Below are positions 17,801 through 27,026 of a stretch of 34,846 bases of DNA, one piece after another (the first letter of the stretch is position 1; each line of letters opens with the position of its first letter). Both the position numbers and the translations under genes were made by a program. This DNA comes from Armatimonadota bacterium. Its GTDB lineage: Bacteria > Armatimonadota > UBA5829 > DTLH01. The notes beneath the pieces are model-generated. The model was given only the letters and a program-made list of their open reading frames with translations, had not been told where the DNA came from and made no database searches. The stretch is from assembly GCA_038207085.1 (NCBI GenBank), contig JBBRAE010000029.1, positions 1-34,846 on the forward strand. The letters run 5' to 3'.

Positions 17801-19517
17801 CAATGATCGCCCCCTCGCCCATTGCCTCACTTCTGCTCTGATCGGTCACATTCGCAGAGACCGTAAACTGCTGGTCGTCGGTGTAGTAGAGTTCCCGTTC
17901 CCTGGGCCAGTAGGCGACGAACTCCACCTCCGCGACGCCATCCGGCCCGGTGCGCGCCGTCCCTTCGACGACCGCCTCCCCGTAGCCTCCGCCGTCGTAG
18001 TACTCGCCCTCGCCGTAGTACTCGCCGTCCTCCTCACCCGGCCACATCCAATACTGCGACCGATAGACCGAATAATGCACCTCTGCCCCAACAACAGGGG
18101 CTCCAAAGAAATAGGTCGCCCGAATCTTCGCCTTTATGCGTTCCCCGCGCGCGCATCGTTTCTTCGGCATCTCGACCGACACCGAAAACTCGGGCTTGCG
18201 ATACTCAGCCACGCTAAACGACGCCGTCTGTTCCTTCCCATTATACGAACAGGTCACATCATACCCGCCGGTCGCCGCATAGTCGGCCAGCTTGAAGCTC
18301 CCCGCAAACGACCCAAACCTGCCAAGCTTAAGACTCTCGGCGTAAACCAGCGTATCGCGCTTGTCGCGGACCTCCACACGCGCCTCGCCGCCCCCGGGCA
18401 TCCGGTAGGCGTCCCCGGCGAACCTGCGGACGATCCCCTTGAAATTGACCAGCTGCCCCGGCCGATACACCGGCCTGTCGGTATAGGAATAGATCGATGT
18501 ATCCCCGGCTTCAGGCTCATAGGAGTAGGAAGTCAAAAAGGCGACCGACTCCCCCTGCCGCCCCACGATCAACCTGTTCTCGCGTCCGGTCTCGGCCCCG
18601 CTTTCCCCGACTCGGCGAGTGGGTTTGGTCAGGAGCAGTCCGTCCGAGCCCGTCACACCGCCCGCGACGCTCGTCCCCGACTCAAATACGCTCACCCGCG
18701 CCCCCACAACCGGCTCACCTGAGTCAGGCCGCACCGCGTAGGCCAGAAGATCGCTCCCGCTCTCTTTGGTGACAAGCGCGAGGTCGCTTACTGATATCCA
18801 CCCCGTCTGAGCGAGCCTCCCGGAGCGCGCGGTGAGGACATATATCCCCGGAGCAAGCCGCCCCAGGCTCACCCGCTGGTGATAGGCCCCCTCGCTGTCG
18901 CGCCCGGTGACATCGACCGTCTTCTCCTGCTTTGAAGCGACCACGGGGCTTCTTTCGACCTCCCCCGCATAGCTCCCCCATCCCTGTGTGATCATCTCGC
19001 GGATAGGCGCGGCCTCAGGCAAGGTCACCTTGTCCGGGTCGATCTTGTAGACGACGAGCCTTACCTGGTCCGCTTCGCTGAAGCCGTCAAACTCGACCTC
19101 CGGCGTCTCGTCGCTTGTAAAAAGCTGCTGGTGGATGAAGAGGTTGAAGTACGGATCCCCCGGCGCGAGTTCGAGATTGAGCTTCTCGCGCCTCCCCTCG
19201 CCCACTTCGATCTCAGAAGGCTTCAGACTGTGGACCCTCGCAAACGACTCCAGCCGGTACTTGCCCGCCGGAATCTGGCTAAACTTATAGAAGCCTGCGG
19301 CGTCGGTCTTGACCGACTTTACGGCCTCCCCGTCGGCCCCTTTGGTCAGGCGCACCTCCGCGCTCTCAATCGGCCTTCCCGTGTCGGCCCCGACCACCCT
19401 GCCCTCAAGCGTCCCGACCGGCGTCTCGGTCGAGATCGCGTAGCCGAGCATCCCAAGCGCCCAGACCGCCGCAACGGCGAGCGCCACAAACGGTTTTCGT
19501 CCAACGCTGCGGATCAT
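14805..19517 (-). CDS. Bacterial alpha-2-macroglobulin family protein with thioester motif
   Basis: YTDRPVYRPG, EYRKPEF, VVDEAIYA, LPDNLTTWR, YPYGCTEQ, EDYLPAGCE, QAMYQPE. N-terminal hydrophobic segment and carboxypeptidase-regulatory-like domain. Confidence 0.93.
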   Translation of the reverse strand: MIRSVGRKPFVALAVAAVWALGMLGYAISTETPVGTLEGRVVGADTGRPIESAEVRLTKGADGEAVKSVKTDAAGFYKFSQIPAGKYRLESFARVHSLKPSEIEVGEGRREKLNLELAPGDPYFNLFIHQQLFTSDETPEVEFDGFSEADQVRLVVYKIDPDKVTLPEAAPIREMITQGWGSYAGEVERSPVVASKQEKTVDVTGRDSEGAYHQRVSLGRLAPGIYVLTARSGRLAQTGWISVSDLALVTKESGSDLLAYAVRPDSGEPVVGARVSVFESGTSVAGGVTGSDGLLLTKPTRRVGESGAETGRENRLIVGRQGESVAFLTSYSYEPEAGDTSIYSYTDRPVYRPGQLVNFKGIVRRFAGDAYRMPGGGEARVEVRDKRDTLVYAESLKLGRFGSFAGSFKLADYAATGGYDVTCSYNGKEQTASFSVAEYRKPEFSVSVEMPKKRCARGERIKAKIRATYFFGAPVVGAEVHYSVYRSQYWMWPGEEDGEYYGEGEYYDGGGYGEAVVEGTARTGPDGVAEVEFVAYWPRERELYYTDDQQFTVSANVTDQSRSEAMGEGAIIATQGTFSLRVQPLQYVVSAGEESVVEVRALDYDGKPQAGVDVEVSANLTDWDSANHEERFERVAGGTVRTDGAGLARFSFKVEKPGSYVIRVRAKDSKRREIRGSEYVWVTGEGDFGGYNYPDLQVVLDKKSYNPGDVARVMINTKAKGASALVTVEGRRLYDYRVVKLADKSTVVEIPIKAEYRPNFYVSVCYASKKRLAQDEARAKVSLGEKLISLSVTPDKRKYQPGETANYVIKALDGRGRPVQAEVSVGVVDEAIYAIAPDDTTPIRDFFYSAQPNSVSTRYSFPNVYLSGDKGGFTGKVRKDFLDTAYWRADVVTDSRGLARVSVKLPDNLTTWRATARACTVDTAVGQCVSSVVCTKPLLVRLEIPRFLVQGDRALVSAIVHNYTSRDERVNVTLRAPGLRVEGHASSRVRVDRDGTARAEWWVSVLGPGPVTVSAYAVGERAQDAMELTIPVRPHGQREVETRVGTLSGDTTFEKLVIRGDAVSGASEIRVRVAPSLASSLIGSLDYLAAYPYGCTEQTMSGFLPDVVIWRMLKNLGIENEGLKKRLPDMVGRGLNRLYDFQNENGGWGWCEYGEEDIWMTAYVVYGLQTAREAGFAVNDEILRQGIDYLARKVAGQSKVSPNLSYAAYVLSIVGKADVARAKIDLITRTGVGDTYDTALVALTLANLGQGERAREYLRRLWSAAEIDRGEVYWKSRRDWDYDSSNVEVTALAMQVVNRLTPEDPRLADIMRGIMRRRAYNHWSSTRDTAMVIYAASDYLARTKELGADCKVTVFDNGREIGGARFDKASVFAPEREIVIRPRDVGKGSNVIRLVKEGTGTLYYTIEATQYIERDDSPRTITGSGITVSREYRKFVPRWNESLRYNELWPSNSISSRFRSGDTMQVRVIVNSPQEYRHVLVEDYLPAGCEAFDRGRMEPWEWDYWWADMDVRDERVSFYVDTLPKGKSTLQYEMRAWIPGRYNAPGALVQAMYQPEIAGIGAASLMEIGD

Positions 19518-19519
19518 TG

Positions 19520-20962
19520 TCAGGCCTCCCCACTCTTGCGCGAGACGGCCCACGAGACCGCCGCCCAGGCAAACCCGAGCACGATAACTGCTCCAAACAC
19601 CGCGATCTTGGTCGCCCGAGGCTCGTCGTAGACCGGCAACACCAGCCCCGAGAACACCACCGCCGACACCTGCGCGACAGCCGTCAACACCTGATAATGC
19701 GACTCCCTGACACGTCGAACCTCGACCGCCCCCACTTCAGAAAAGAGCAAAAACACGTTCGCCGCAATAGTCCCCACAAGAAACCCGAGCACCGCCCGTG
19801 GCCCCCAGACCACCATCACCACAAGCGGGGCGAGAGCTGCAAACGCCCCTGCCGCACATGCGCTCGGGACCCTCCACACCCGGGCCCGAAGCTCCGGCAT
19901 AGGAAACATCGAAGAGACGACAAGCGGGAACACAGCCCCAACTACAAGTGCGACCAGCGTATAGTACGCCCGCAGGTCGATCCCCCGAAGCTCATCGGCG
20001 AACCCCTCCATAAACAGCCGCACCAGCGCCACGCCAAGCCCGATCCACACCGCCGAAGCAACCACCATGGCCCGTTCCCCAGAGCGAACCAAAGGTATCA
20101 GCACCGCAAACGATACAAGCGCCGCAAGCCCCACCCCAAACCCCGCCATCGAGCGAAACGCAAGCGCCGCAAGTGCCACCACAAGAAGCGCCACCACCGC
20201 CGGGGCCTGTCCACCTTCGATGCGAACCGACGATATCCAAGCCACAAGCGCGTAAGTCAACACCCCAAGAACAACCACAAATAGAAGCGACCAGTCAGGA
20301 AACACCTTCCAGGCAAACACCGCCGCAAGCCCAACGGTCACAACCGCAGTGACGAGGCTCACAACCCACTCCCGCCCCCGAGAAAGCGCCGTCCCCGCCA
20401 CATATCCGATCACCACGGAGGCCAACACCAAAAGCGGCGCGCGCCACCACAGCCGGCCATCGACCGTGTCGTACCGAAGCGTCGCCAAAAGCACAGTGGA
20501 GCCCAGCACGAGCGAAGAAAGCGCCCAAAGCGCATCAAACCCCTCAAGCGCAAGCCCAAAGACAACCGCGGGAATCACAGCGCCGACCCAAAACCCACCG
20601 AGCGCCGCCTGGGGGTAATCGGCAAAGAGAACAAGCAAGAGGCTCACAGCAAAAAGCGCAGCAGAAGGCGCAACTACGACCGCAAACGCCGAACGACATC
20701 GATAAGCCAGCCACGCCGCAGCCGTCCCCACGACCCCGCCGACCAGAATCCCCCAGCCGAGCCTTCCCCCAAGCGAAAACGGCGGAGTTTGAGGCAGAGT
20801 CAACAGAAACGCTACCGCCACAACCGCAAGTGAGGCGAGTGCTACGGGCAGGACCGGCGAACTTTGATCGTCGTCCCCCTCATCCCTGCCACCCGCAAGA
20901 GTTCCAAACGCAGCCACAGCCGCGCCAACCACAAGACCAATCCAGCTCAATACCGTTTCCAC
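19520..20962 (-). CDS. Polytopic membrane protein of unknown function
   Basis: 480 aa, almost entirely hydrophobic segments (roughly 14-16 TMs by eye). GGAGG RBS before GTG; ends 2 nt before the macroglobulin ATG. Confidence 0.8.
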   Translation of the reverse strand: METVLSWIGLVVGAAVAAFGTLAGGRDEGDDDQSSPVLPVALASLAVVAVAFLLTLPQTPPFSLGGRLGWGILVGGVVGTAAAWLAYRCRSAFAVVVAPSAALFAVSLLLVLFADYPQAALGGFWVGAVIPAVVFGLALEGFDALWALSSLVLGSTVLLATLRYDTVDGRLWWRAPLLVLASVVIGYVAGTALSRGREWVVSLVTAVVTVGLAAVFAWKVFPDWSLLFVVVLGVLTYALVAWISSVRIEGGQAPAVVALLVVALAALAFRSMAGFGVGLAALVSFAVLIPLVRSGERAMVVASAVWIGLGVALVRLFMEGFADELRGIDLRAYYTLVALVVGAVFPLVVSSMFPMPELRARVWRVPSACAAGAFAALAPLVVMVVWGPRAVLGFLVGTIAANVFLLFSEVGAVEVRRVRESHYQVLTAVAQVSAVVFSGLVLPVYDEPRATKIAVFGAVIVLGFAWAAVSWAVSRKSGEA

Positions 20963-21029
20963 CCAAATCCCTCCAGCTCCAAATAAGCGATCCCATCCAT
21001 CTCAGGATAACGCCTGAGGCAGGCACAAG

Positions 21030-21053
21030 GTTTACGCCGCTCACACGGGGTAA
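21030..21053 (+). promoter_or_regulatory. SigB/SigF-like promoter
   Basis: GTTTAC-N12-GGGTAA, 35 nt upstream of the small membrane protein ATG. Confidence 0.5.
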
Positions 21054-21088
21054 AGACAATATGAGAAATATTTTCGAAGGAGACATCA

Positions 21089-21262
21089 ATGACAGGACTA
21101 CTTTGGATCATCGTCGCCGCGCTGTTCGCCCTGTGGGTCATAGGCATGATAGCCAAATGGACACTCAGCATTGTGTGGGCGCTTTTAGTCATAGCGATCG
21201 TCCTCGCCCTGATCGGCGCCGTCGTGAGCTTCATCACAGGCCGACGAGTCCCACACACGTGA
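21089..21262 (+). CDS. Small two-helix membrane protein, lmo0937/DUF5670-like
   Basis: AAGGAG RBS; MTGLLWIIVAALFALWVIGMIAKWTLSIVWALLVIAIVLALIGAVVSFITGRRVPHT (57 aa, shorter than anything in the ORF track). Confidence 0.8.
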   Translation: MTGLLWIIVAALFALWVIGMIAKWTLSIVWALLVIAIVLALIGAVVSFITGRRVPHT

Positions 21263-21413
21263 GGCCCCGGAGGTTGTCCCCCGGGCGGCGGACACGGCTA
21301 AGAATATCTCCCAACGATCCCGGCGGGTCTAATCAGCCCGCCCCCTTACCCAGAATGCGTTATACCCAAAACAGACACATCAGGATATGCTGATTCTTGT
21401 AATAAGGCCCTTT

Positions 21414-21558
21414 GATTTGTGGAGCGCACCCTTCGAGAGCCTCAGGGTGAGGGGTTTGACTTGGGTGAGATATGAGAGATCGTACCGCGCCCACCAATCT
21501 TCCAATTACAGATCAACCTAAAACCAATCACGTTGAGGCTCTCGAAACGTGCGCTCCA
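21414..21558 (+). mobile_element. 145-bp palindromic MITE/REPIN-like element, copy 1
   Basis: Terminal IRs TGGAGCGCACCCTTCGAGAGCCTCA / TGAGGCTCTCGAAACGTGCGCTCCA. Six mismatches by eye to the reverse complement of 29229-29373. Confidence 0.8.
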
Positions 21559-21760
21559 CCCCAAGAACCAACCCCCACCAATCCCACGAAGCTAATCCCT
21601 ACCATTCACAGCCACAAAAAACATCGCTCATCCCATGCAAACCGCGGAATAATGTGATAAACTGCATGTAGCATGCTTGCGCCAACGTGGGCATGCTCAA
21701 GCATATCGTATACTATTACTGAGGACAACGATCCTTGGACATACAAAGGAGAAAGCGAAC

Positions 21761-24700
21761 ATGAGCATTCGTGCCACACTTACAGCTATTGCCGCAGTTT
21801 TGATCGCCACAGCCGTCCCCGGCTTTACGGTGAACCCACCGGTGAACTTCCCACCGCCAACGGAGTGGAACCAGCCCGCAGGCGCTCCGAGCGCGCCCGG
21901 TGACGCTTATAGCGCGACATTCGGCACATCGACCCCTGCGGCCAACGCCCCCGTGATCGCGGAGTGGACGCGAATCGCCAAGCCCGATGAAACCGTCACG
22001 TTCACCGGCGCAAAGTTCACCAGCCGGACCGGCGTGGACGCGGGGACCGACACCACGATCTGGCTCTACGCATGGACCCCTGACGGCGGCGTGATGCGCC
22101 AATGCAAGGTGTGGAAACTCTACTCCGACAACATCATTATGGCAAGCATTCCTGAGGATGTCCCGTTTGGGATGTACCTGGTCTGGGCGGAAAACGAAGC
22201 CGGAACGAGCGCTCCTGTCTGCATCAACAAAACCCAGACGGAGTGGGTCGGCACCCTCGGCCCATACGCCGCGCCGGGGCAAACCAAGCGCATCTTCGGC
22301 AAGAATATTTCAACCAATCACGGCACCGCAGCGAGCCACGTCTACATCCGGCCCGCAGCAGGCGGAAGCTTCACAGAGTGCACCTGGACGCAGGTAGAGC
22401 CGGTATCGGTCGCCTTCACCGTCCCCTCCGACACTCCCGCAGGTAGCTACAAAGTTTATGTGCACAACGGCCACGGTGGCCAGTACGGCTGGAGCGACGC
22501 GCTTGACCTCACTGTCAGCCCCTCTTGGGTCCGTGGAGCCGGAGAACTCTCCGTCATCCCGTCAGGCGGCAACGACACCCCCACGATCCAGGGCGCGATA
22601 GACACCGTTAGCGGTTACACCGGTGGTGGGACCGTCAGGCTCACGAACGGCACCTTCAACTGCTCCGGCACGCTTAAAATGAAAGACGGCGTCCGCCTGA
22701 TCGGAGCCGGCAGAACGCAGACGACCCTGCTTTTCTCGACATCCGGCGCCGAGTTTACGTTCAACCAGGGAGCAAACCACGTAACGGTCCAGGATCTCAC
22801 GATCAAAGCCGGGCCTGGCATAAATATCTCGACGCACTCCGAGGCGGTCCACGGAGGAGCGATCAACAGCGATTTGACCCTCAAAAACATCGACTGGCTC
22901 CTAAGCTCCGACACCGTATCATCTATCGGAATGTACTACGCCGTCGACCGCTTCGAAGTGGACAACTGCACCTTTTACGGAGTCCTTGCAGGAGATGGGC
23001 GCGACTGGTGGATCCACAACAACACGCTCTATGGCGGGCGCGGAGCCGACGACGGCTGCATGGCGCTTCTGCAGGGCACCGGCAACCCGCACGGGCGCTA
23101 CGTCATCGAGAATAACGCCGCAAGCACCCTAAACTGGCCGAACAACAGCGGCAACCGTAACTACCACGAGTATATGACCGAGGCGCAGAAAGACGAGCTG
23201 GTCTGGTGCGCAAGGTTCATCTTCTTCCAGATGGGAGCGGACTCCTACGAAAACTCCTACATCTCGCACAACACCACCCAGGATGTCGCGATCGAAGACA
23301 ACAAGGGTGAAACGATTCTTTTCCACAGCTCGGAGTCTTACAGATACTGCCAGGTGGCAAGTAACAGCGAGCGCACGCTCACCATCCGCACCGACGGCAC
23401 GTTTGACGGCGACCCGAACTTCAGGATCTACGACACTGCGCCATTTACCACGGTTCCAAACGGCTGGGGATGGGGCAGCATCATCGACAACCGCGCCTAC
23501 GTCATAATCGTCGCAGGCACAGGTGTCGGCCAGATCAGAAAAATCGCCTCCCACACATCAACGACGATCACCGTCGACTCGGACTGGCGAGTCCAGCCCG
23601 CAGCCGACTCCAAGATCATTCTTGACTATATCAACCGCAACCACATCCAGTACGCAAACGTAATGAACGCGCTCCCCGTGGGCTACGTGTTTAAAAGCCA
23701 CATCGCAAGCTACGGTGTGAACTACGACGGCGGGTCTTTCGGCTGCGTCGCTGAGGACAACACAAGCTACCGCACCGCCTACGGCGACGGCATACAGGGC
23801 TATATGTTCGCCCCATCGATGTGGAACGAGATGCGAAACGGGCGGGCGATTAACGCCCTCGCCTCCGGCCAGACGATCGCTGCCCGTGCAGGCTACGATT
23901 CAAACAACGGCGACCCAAACTACGTCAACTGCGTAGGCGCTGTCACGCTCGGCAACTTCTTCCACGGCGGCAGAAGCGAGGGCAAGATCGATTCCCAGAC
24001 CATCCCGGAGACCAAAAACTCCAACAGTCGTCAGCTGGTCGGCAACGCCTTTGACGGATTGACAGTCACAAACGGCGGAGGGTTCTCCGGCAACCTCGAC
24101 GACACTCTCTACCGCAACAACTCCTTCAGCGTCCCCGTCGAATCGGCGTGTATGACGCTTGCCCAAAACTCTCAGGCGATGCTCTGCGGCAACACCTACA
24201 CCGGAGGCTACGTCCGGTACAGCGTGACCAGCCCAAGCGCCGCACCTGCCGCGCCCTACCGAGTCGCCCGATTCACCGGATACACGGGAAGCCCAGTCGG
24301 GGACATCATCGTCCCGATCGCAAACCTCGGAACCGCCCTAATGAGCTGGAGCGCAACACCAAGCGCCCCGTGGATCAGCGCAAGCGCAGCCTCCGGCGGG
24401 TCTACCCCGGCCGAAAGCGAGCTTGATCGGCTTATGATCGGCGTCAACACCACCGGGCTCACCCAGGGCAGACACTGGGGCTACGTAAACATCGTCGCGG
24501 GAGCGAAATCGACGAGAATCGGAGTCGTCCTGGACTTAGTCGATGGCCCTGCGACAAACCAGGCCCCAATCGCCGCGTTCACAACAACCCCAACCGCCGG
24601 AACCCATCCGCTTGTGGTCAGCTTCAACGCAGGCGGGTCGATCGACTCCGACGGCCTTCTCACTAGCTATGCCTGGGATTTCGGCGACGGCACAAAGGGA

Positions 24701-26332
24701 ACCGGCCAAACAGCCAGCCACACCTACCAGGCATCCGGGTCGTTCTTCCCGACGCTTATGGTCACAGACAATGACGGCGCAAGCAACGCCACTTTTTCAG
24801 TGCTAAGCGTCTCGCCGACTCTCACCTCCGTCACGCTCTCGGGCAGCCCTACCCCTCCAATCGATGCAGGCACATCGGTCACGTTCACAGCGACCAGCAT
24901 CGGCGGCTACCAGCCCCGCTACAAGTTCCTGGTAAAGACCGCATCGGGCTGGACCACCATCCAGGACTACTCAAGCTCAAACACCTGCCTGTGGACCCCG
25001 ACCGCCGGCTTCTATGATATCAAGTGCTACGCCAAGTCAAGCGACTCAACCAAAGTCTACGACGCGGTGAGCAGCGTACTGAGCTACCCCGTAGGCCTGC
25101 TCCCGAGCTCTGGGATGGCGTTCTGGCTGAAGGGGGATGCGGGAGTCTCCGCGAGCGGCGGCAAGATGAACGAATGGGCCGATCAGACCTCTGGTTCGAC
25201 CAAGAAGCTCACACAGGCCACCCCGTCCTACAAACCGACACTCGTAGATGCCGCGCTAAACGGCAGATCGGTCGTCAGGTTCGCGGGAGGCTATGCCTGT
25301 ATGTCGACAAACGCCTCGGTTCTGGCGCAGAACACTGACTTCACAGCGTTCACGCTGGCGAGGATCACCAACGCGCCGCCATACTCGAACTACCAGTATC
25401 TGTGGTGGATCGGACCGGACTCCCCATACACCGGCTACGGTATGTGGATGAGTACCAACGGAAGGCTGCGAAGCTCCTGGGGCAGCCAGAACGGAATAGT
25501 CACAACGTCGTCCGCTCCGAGCGCCGGAACCTGGCACACGGTTGTCAGCCGTTACACCCCCGGCGCACACGAGATGTGGCTCGATGGCACTCAACTTACC
25601 ACCGCGACCAAGGCCGACTCCAACCTTACCGTCGGGTTCACCGCGGGCAACTCACCCTCGCTGTTCCAGGGATTTGCAGGCGACCTCGCGGAGGTGCTGA
25701 TCTTCTCCCGCAAGCTCACCAACACTGAGAAGACGGGGGTAGAGCAGTATCTCTCCTCCCGCTGGACCGCCCCCGTGCCCACCTCACTTGACAGGCTTAG
25801 GGACGTACTTGCTCTTGGTGACGGAGTAACAGTCTCGATCACCTCTGCCAAGGTTGCAGTAAACCCGTCCGGCATCTACTCGGACGGAAGTGTCTACGTA
25901 ATCGAAAGCGACCGCACATGCGGCCTGAAAGTAACGGGAGCGGGGTCTGTCAACATCGGGGACACCCTCACCCTCTCCGGCACGACCGACACCGATGTCA
26001 CAACCGGTGAGCGGGTGCTTCGAGTATCTCTCCCCGTAAACAAGGGCGAGCCGACCGAACTCGGCTCACTTGGCCTCTTGGGCAAGAGCTTCTCCGCCAC
26101 CGGGCAGCTTGTTCGGGTATGGGGACGCGTAAAAGAAACGACCGCGTCCTACCTCACTCTTGACGACGGGTCAGGTGCAACCACAAAGGTCCAGATAGAC
26201 GGCCTTGCGACCGCTCTGGCCACCATCCCGGCTATCGGCGACTACATAAGCGCAACCGGACCGGCCGGGATGATCGCGGGAAGCGTTCCGGCTGTAAGAG
26301 TCAGGTTCCCGAGCGATATAGCGATCTATTAA
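21761..26332 (+). CDS. Large secreted modular protein: pectin-lyase-like beta-helix, BACON-like, PKD, Y_Y_Y-like, LamG/ConA-like and C-terminal OB-like modules
   Basis: AAGGAG RBS and signal peptide MSIRATLTAIAAVLIATAVPG; NDTPTIQGAID...GGTVRLTNGTF; WSATPSAPWIS; APIAAF...YAWDFGDG; IQDYSSSNTCLWTP; WLKGDAGV...GDLAEVLIFSRKL...EQYL; VRVWGRV...LDDGSG. Confidence 0.8.
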   Translation: MSIRATLTAIAAVLIATAVPGFTVNPPVNFPPPTEWNQPAGAPSAPGDAYSATFGTSTPAANAPVIAEWTRIAKPDETVTFTGAKFTSRTGVDAGTDTTIWLYAWTPDGGVMRQCKVWKLYSDNIIMASIPEDVPFGMYLVWAENEAGTSAPVCINKTQTEWVGTLGPYAAPGQTKRIFGKNISTNHGTAASHVYIRPAAGGSFTECTWTQVEPVSVAFTVPSDTPAGSYKVYVHNGHGGQYGWSDALDLTVSPSWVRGAGELSVIPSGGNDTPTIQGAIDTVSGYTGGGTVRLTNGTFNCSGTLKMKDGVRLIGAGRTQTTLLFSTSGAEFTFNQGANHVTVQDLTIKAGPGINISTHSEAVHGGAINSDLTLKNIDWLLSSDTVSSIGMYYAVDRFEVDNCTFYGVLAGDGRDWWIHNNTLYGGRGADDGCMALLQGTGNPHGRYVIENNAASTLNWPNNSGNRNYHEYMTEAQKDELVWCARFIFFQMGADSYENSYISHNTTQDVAIEDNKGETILFHSSESYRYCQVASNSERTLTIRTDGTFDGDPNFRIYDTAPFTTVPNGWGWGSIIDNRAYVIIVAGTGVGQIRKIASHTSTTITVDSDWRVQPAADSKIILDYINRNHIQYANVMNALPVGYVFKSHIASYGVNYDGGSFGCVAEDNTSYRTAYGDGIQGYMFAPSMWNEMRNGRAINALASGQTIAARAGYDSNNGDPNYVNCVGAVTLGNFFHGGRSEGKIDSQTIPETKNSNSRQLVGNAFDGLTVTNGGGFSGNLDDTLYRNNSFSVPVESACMTLAQNSQAMLCGNTYTGGYVRYSVTSPSAAPAAPYRVARFTGYTGSPVGDIIVPIANLGTALMSWSATPSAPWISASAASGGSTPAESELDRLMIGVNTTGLTQGRHWGYVNIVAGAKSTRIGVVLDLVDGPATNQAPIAAFTTTPTAGTHPLVVSFNAGGSIDSDGLLTSYAWDFGDGTKGTGQTASHTYQASGSFFPTLMVTDNDGASNATFSVLSVSPTLTSVTLSGSPTPPIDAGTSVTFTATSIGGYQPRYKFLVKTASGWTTIQDYSSSNTCLWTPTAGFYDIKCYAKSSDSTKVYDAVSSVLSYPVGLLPSSGMAFWLKGDAGVSASGGKMNEWADQTSGSTKKLTQATPSYKPTLVDAALNGRSVVRFAGGYACMSTNASVLAQNTDFTAFTLARITNAPPYSNYQYLWWIGPDSPYTGYGMWMSTNGRLRSSWGSQNGIVTTSSAPSAGTWHTVVSRYTPGAHEMWLDGTQLTTATKADSNLTVGFTAGNSPSLFQGFAGDLAEVLIFSRKLTNTEKTGVEQYLSSRWTAPVPTSLDRLRDVLALGDGVTVSITSAKVAVNPSGIYSDGSVYVIESDRTCGLKVTGAGSVNIGDTLTLSGTTDTDVTTGERVLRVSLPVNKGEPTELGSLGLLGKSFSATGQLVRVWGRVKETTASYLTLDDGSGATTKVQIDGLATALATIPAIGDYISATGPAGMIAGSVPAVRVRFPSDIAIY

Positions 26333-26362
26333 CGAGTCCTAAGATGCGGGCGGCGCGCTGAT

Positions 26363-26911
26363 TCAGGCGTGGCCGCCCACATCTTCCTGTTCTTCATCAA
26401 TCTCATCGGAGTCCGTGTCCATCGCGCTTTCAAGCTCGCCGCCTCGCCTGCCTTCTGCTGGCTCCTGCTCATCAACGGGTTGGAACCCCTTGGGCATCGT
26501 CGTGACGATCGGCACTCCGTAGACCACGTCGCCGGTTGTCACGTCGCCCAGCTCCTCCACGCTTTCGCGCTCCTCATCGTCATCATCTGAGAGGTGAGTC
26601 GTGACCGCGTCGTCGTAGTTATCCATATAATCAGAAGGGAGCATGTCGTATTGGCTCTCTTCCCAGTTGATATCAATATCCTCTTTGTGCGGCGTTCCCA
26701 TAAGGTCAACGTCGGCGTTGGGGTCGACTTTGCGCTTGGGATGCGGAAACGTCAGCGCCTCATCGACATCCACATCCTCCGGGATTTCGAGGTCTTTACC
26801 AAAGGCGTCCCTATCGTGGGCGATATGTGAAGTGCTCTCGCCGCGAGCATCGATCAGGTCTTCGAGGTTTTCAACATCGTCCCTGTCATGTCTCAGTCTA
26901 TCATCAGGCAT
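26363..26911 (-). CDS. Highly acidic hypothetical protein (182 aa)
   Basis: GGAGGT RBS before ATG 26911 (MPDDRLRHDRDDVENLEDLID...). Very D/E rich. Confidence 0.75.
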   Translation of the reverse strand: MPDDRLRHDRDDVENLEDLIDARGESTSHIAHDRDAFGKDLEIPEDVDVDEALTFPHPKRKVDPNADVDLMGTPHKEDIDINWEESQYDMLPSDYMDNYDDAVTTHLSDDDDEERESVEELGDVTTGDVVYGVPIVTTMPKGFQPVDEQEPAEGRRGGELESAMDTDSDEIDEEQEDVGGHA

Positions 26912-27000
26912 CTCGGATACCTCCATCGGTGGCGCTACGCGCCTGCCTTTAAGAAACGGCGCTATCTGCGCCGTCGAGGAGCATTTCCCCCAAGATTGAG

Positions 27001-27026
27001 ATACCCCCCACCCGACGCCCGTAAAC
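27001..27026 (-). promoter_or_regulatory. SigB/SigF-like promoter
   Basis: Minus strand GTTTAC-N14-GGGTAT upstream of the acidic protein. Confidence 0.55.

Noticed and set aside
15552..20618. Long plus-strand ORFs (e.g. 17427-18722, 15552-16376, 19517-20284)
   Set aside because: Antisense shadows of well-supported minus-strand genes in GC-rich DNA, with no motifs. The same applies to alternative frames within the nuo and hyd genes.
21472..21657. Duplicated small protein MRDRTAPTNLPITDQPKTNHVEALETCAP (also in ORF 28899-29315)
   Set aside because: It is a translation of the 145-bp repeat; no convincing RBS and the frames diverge at the element boundary.
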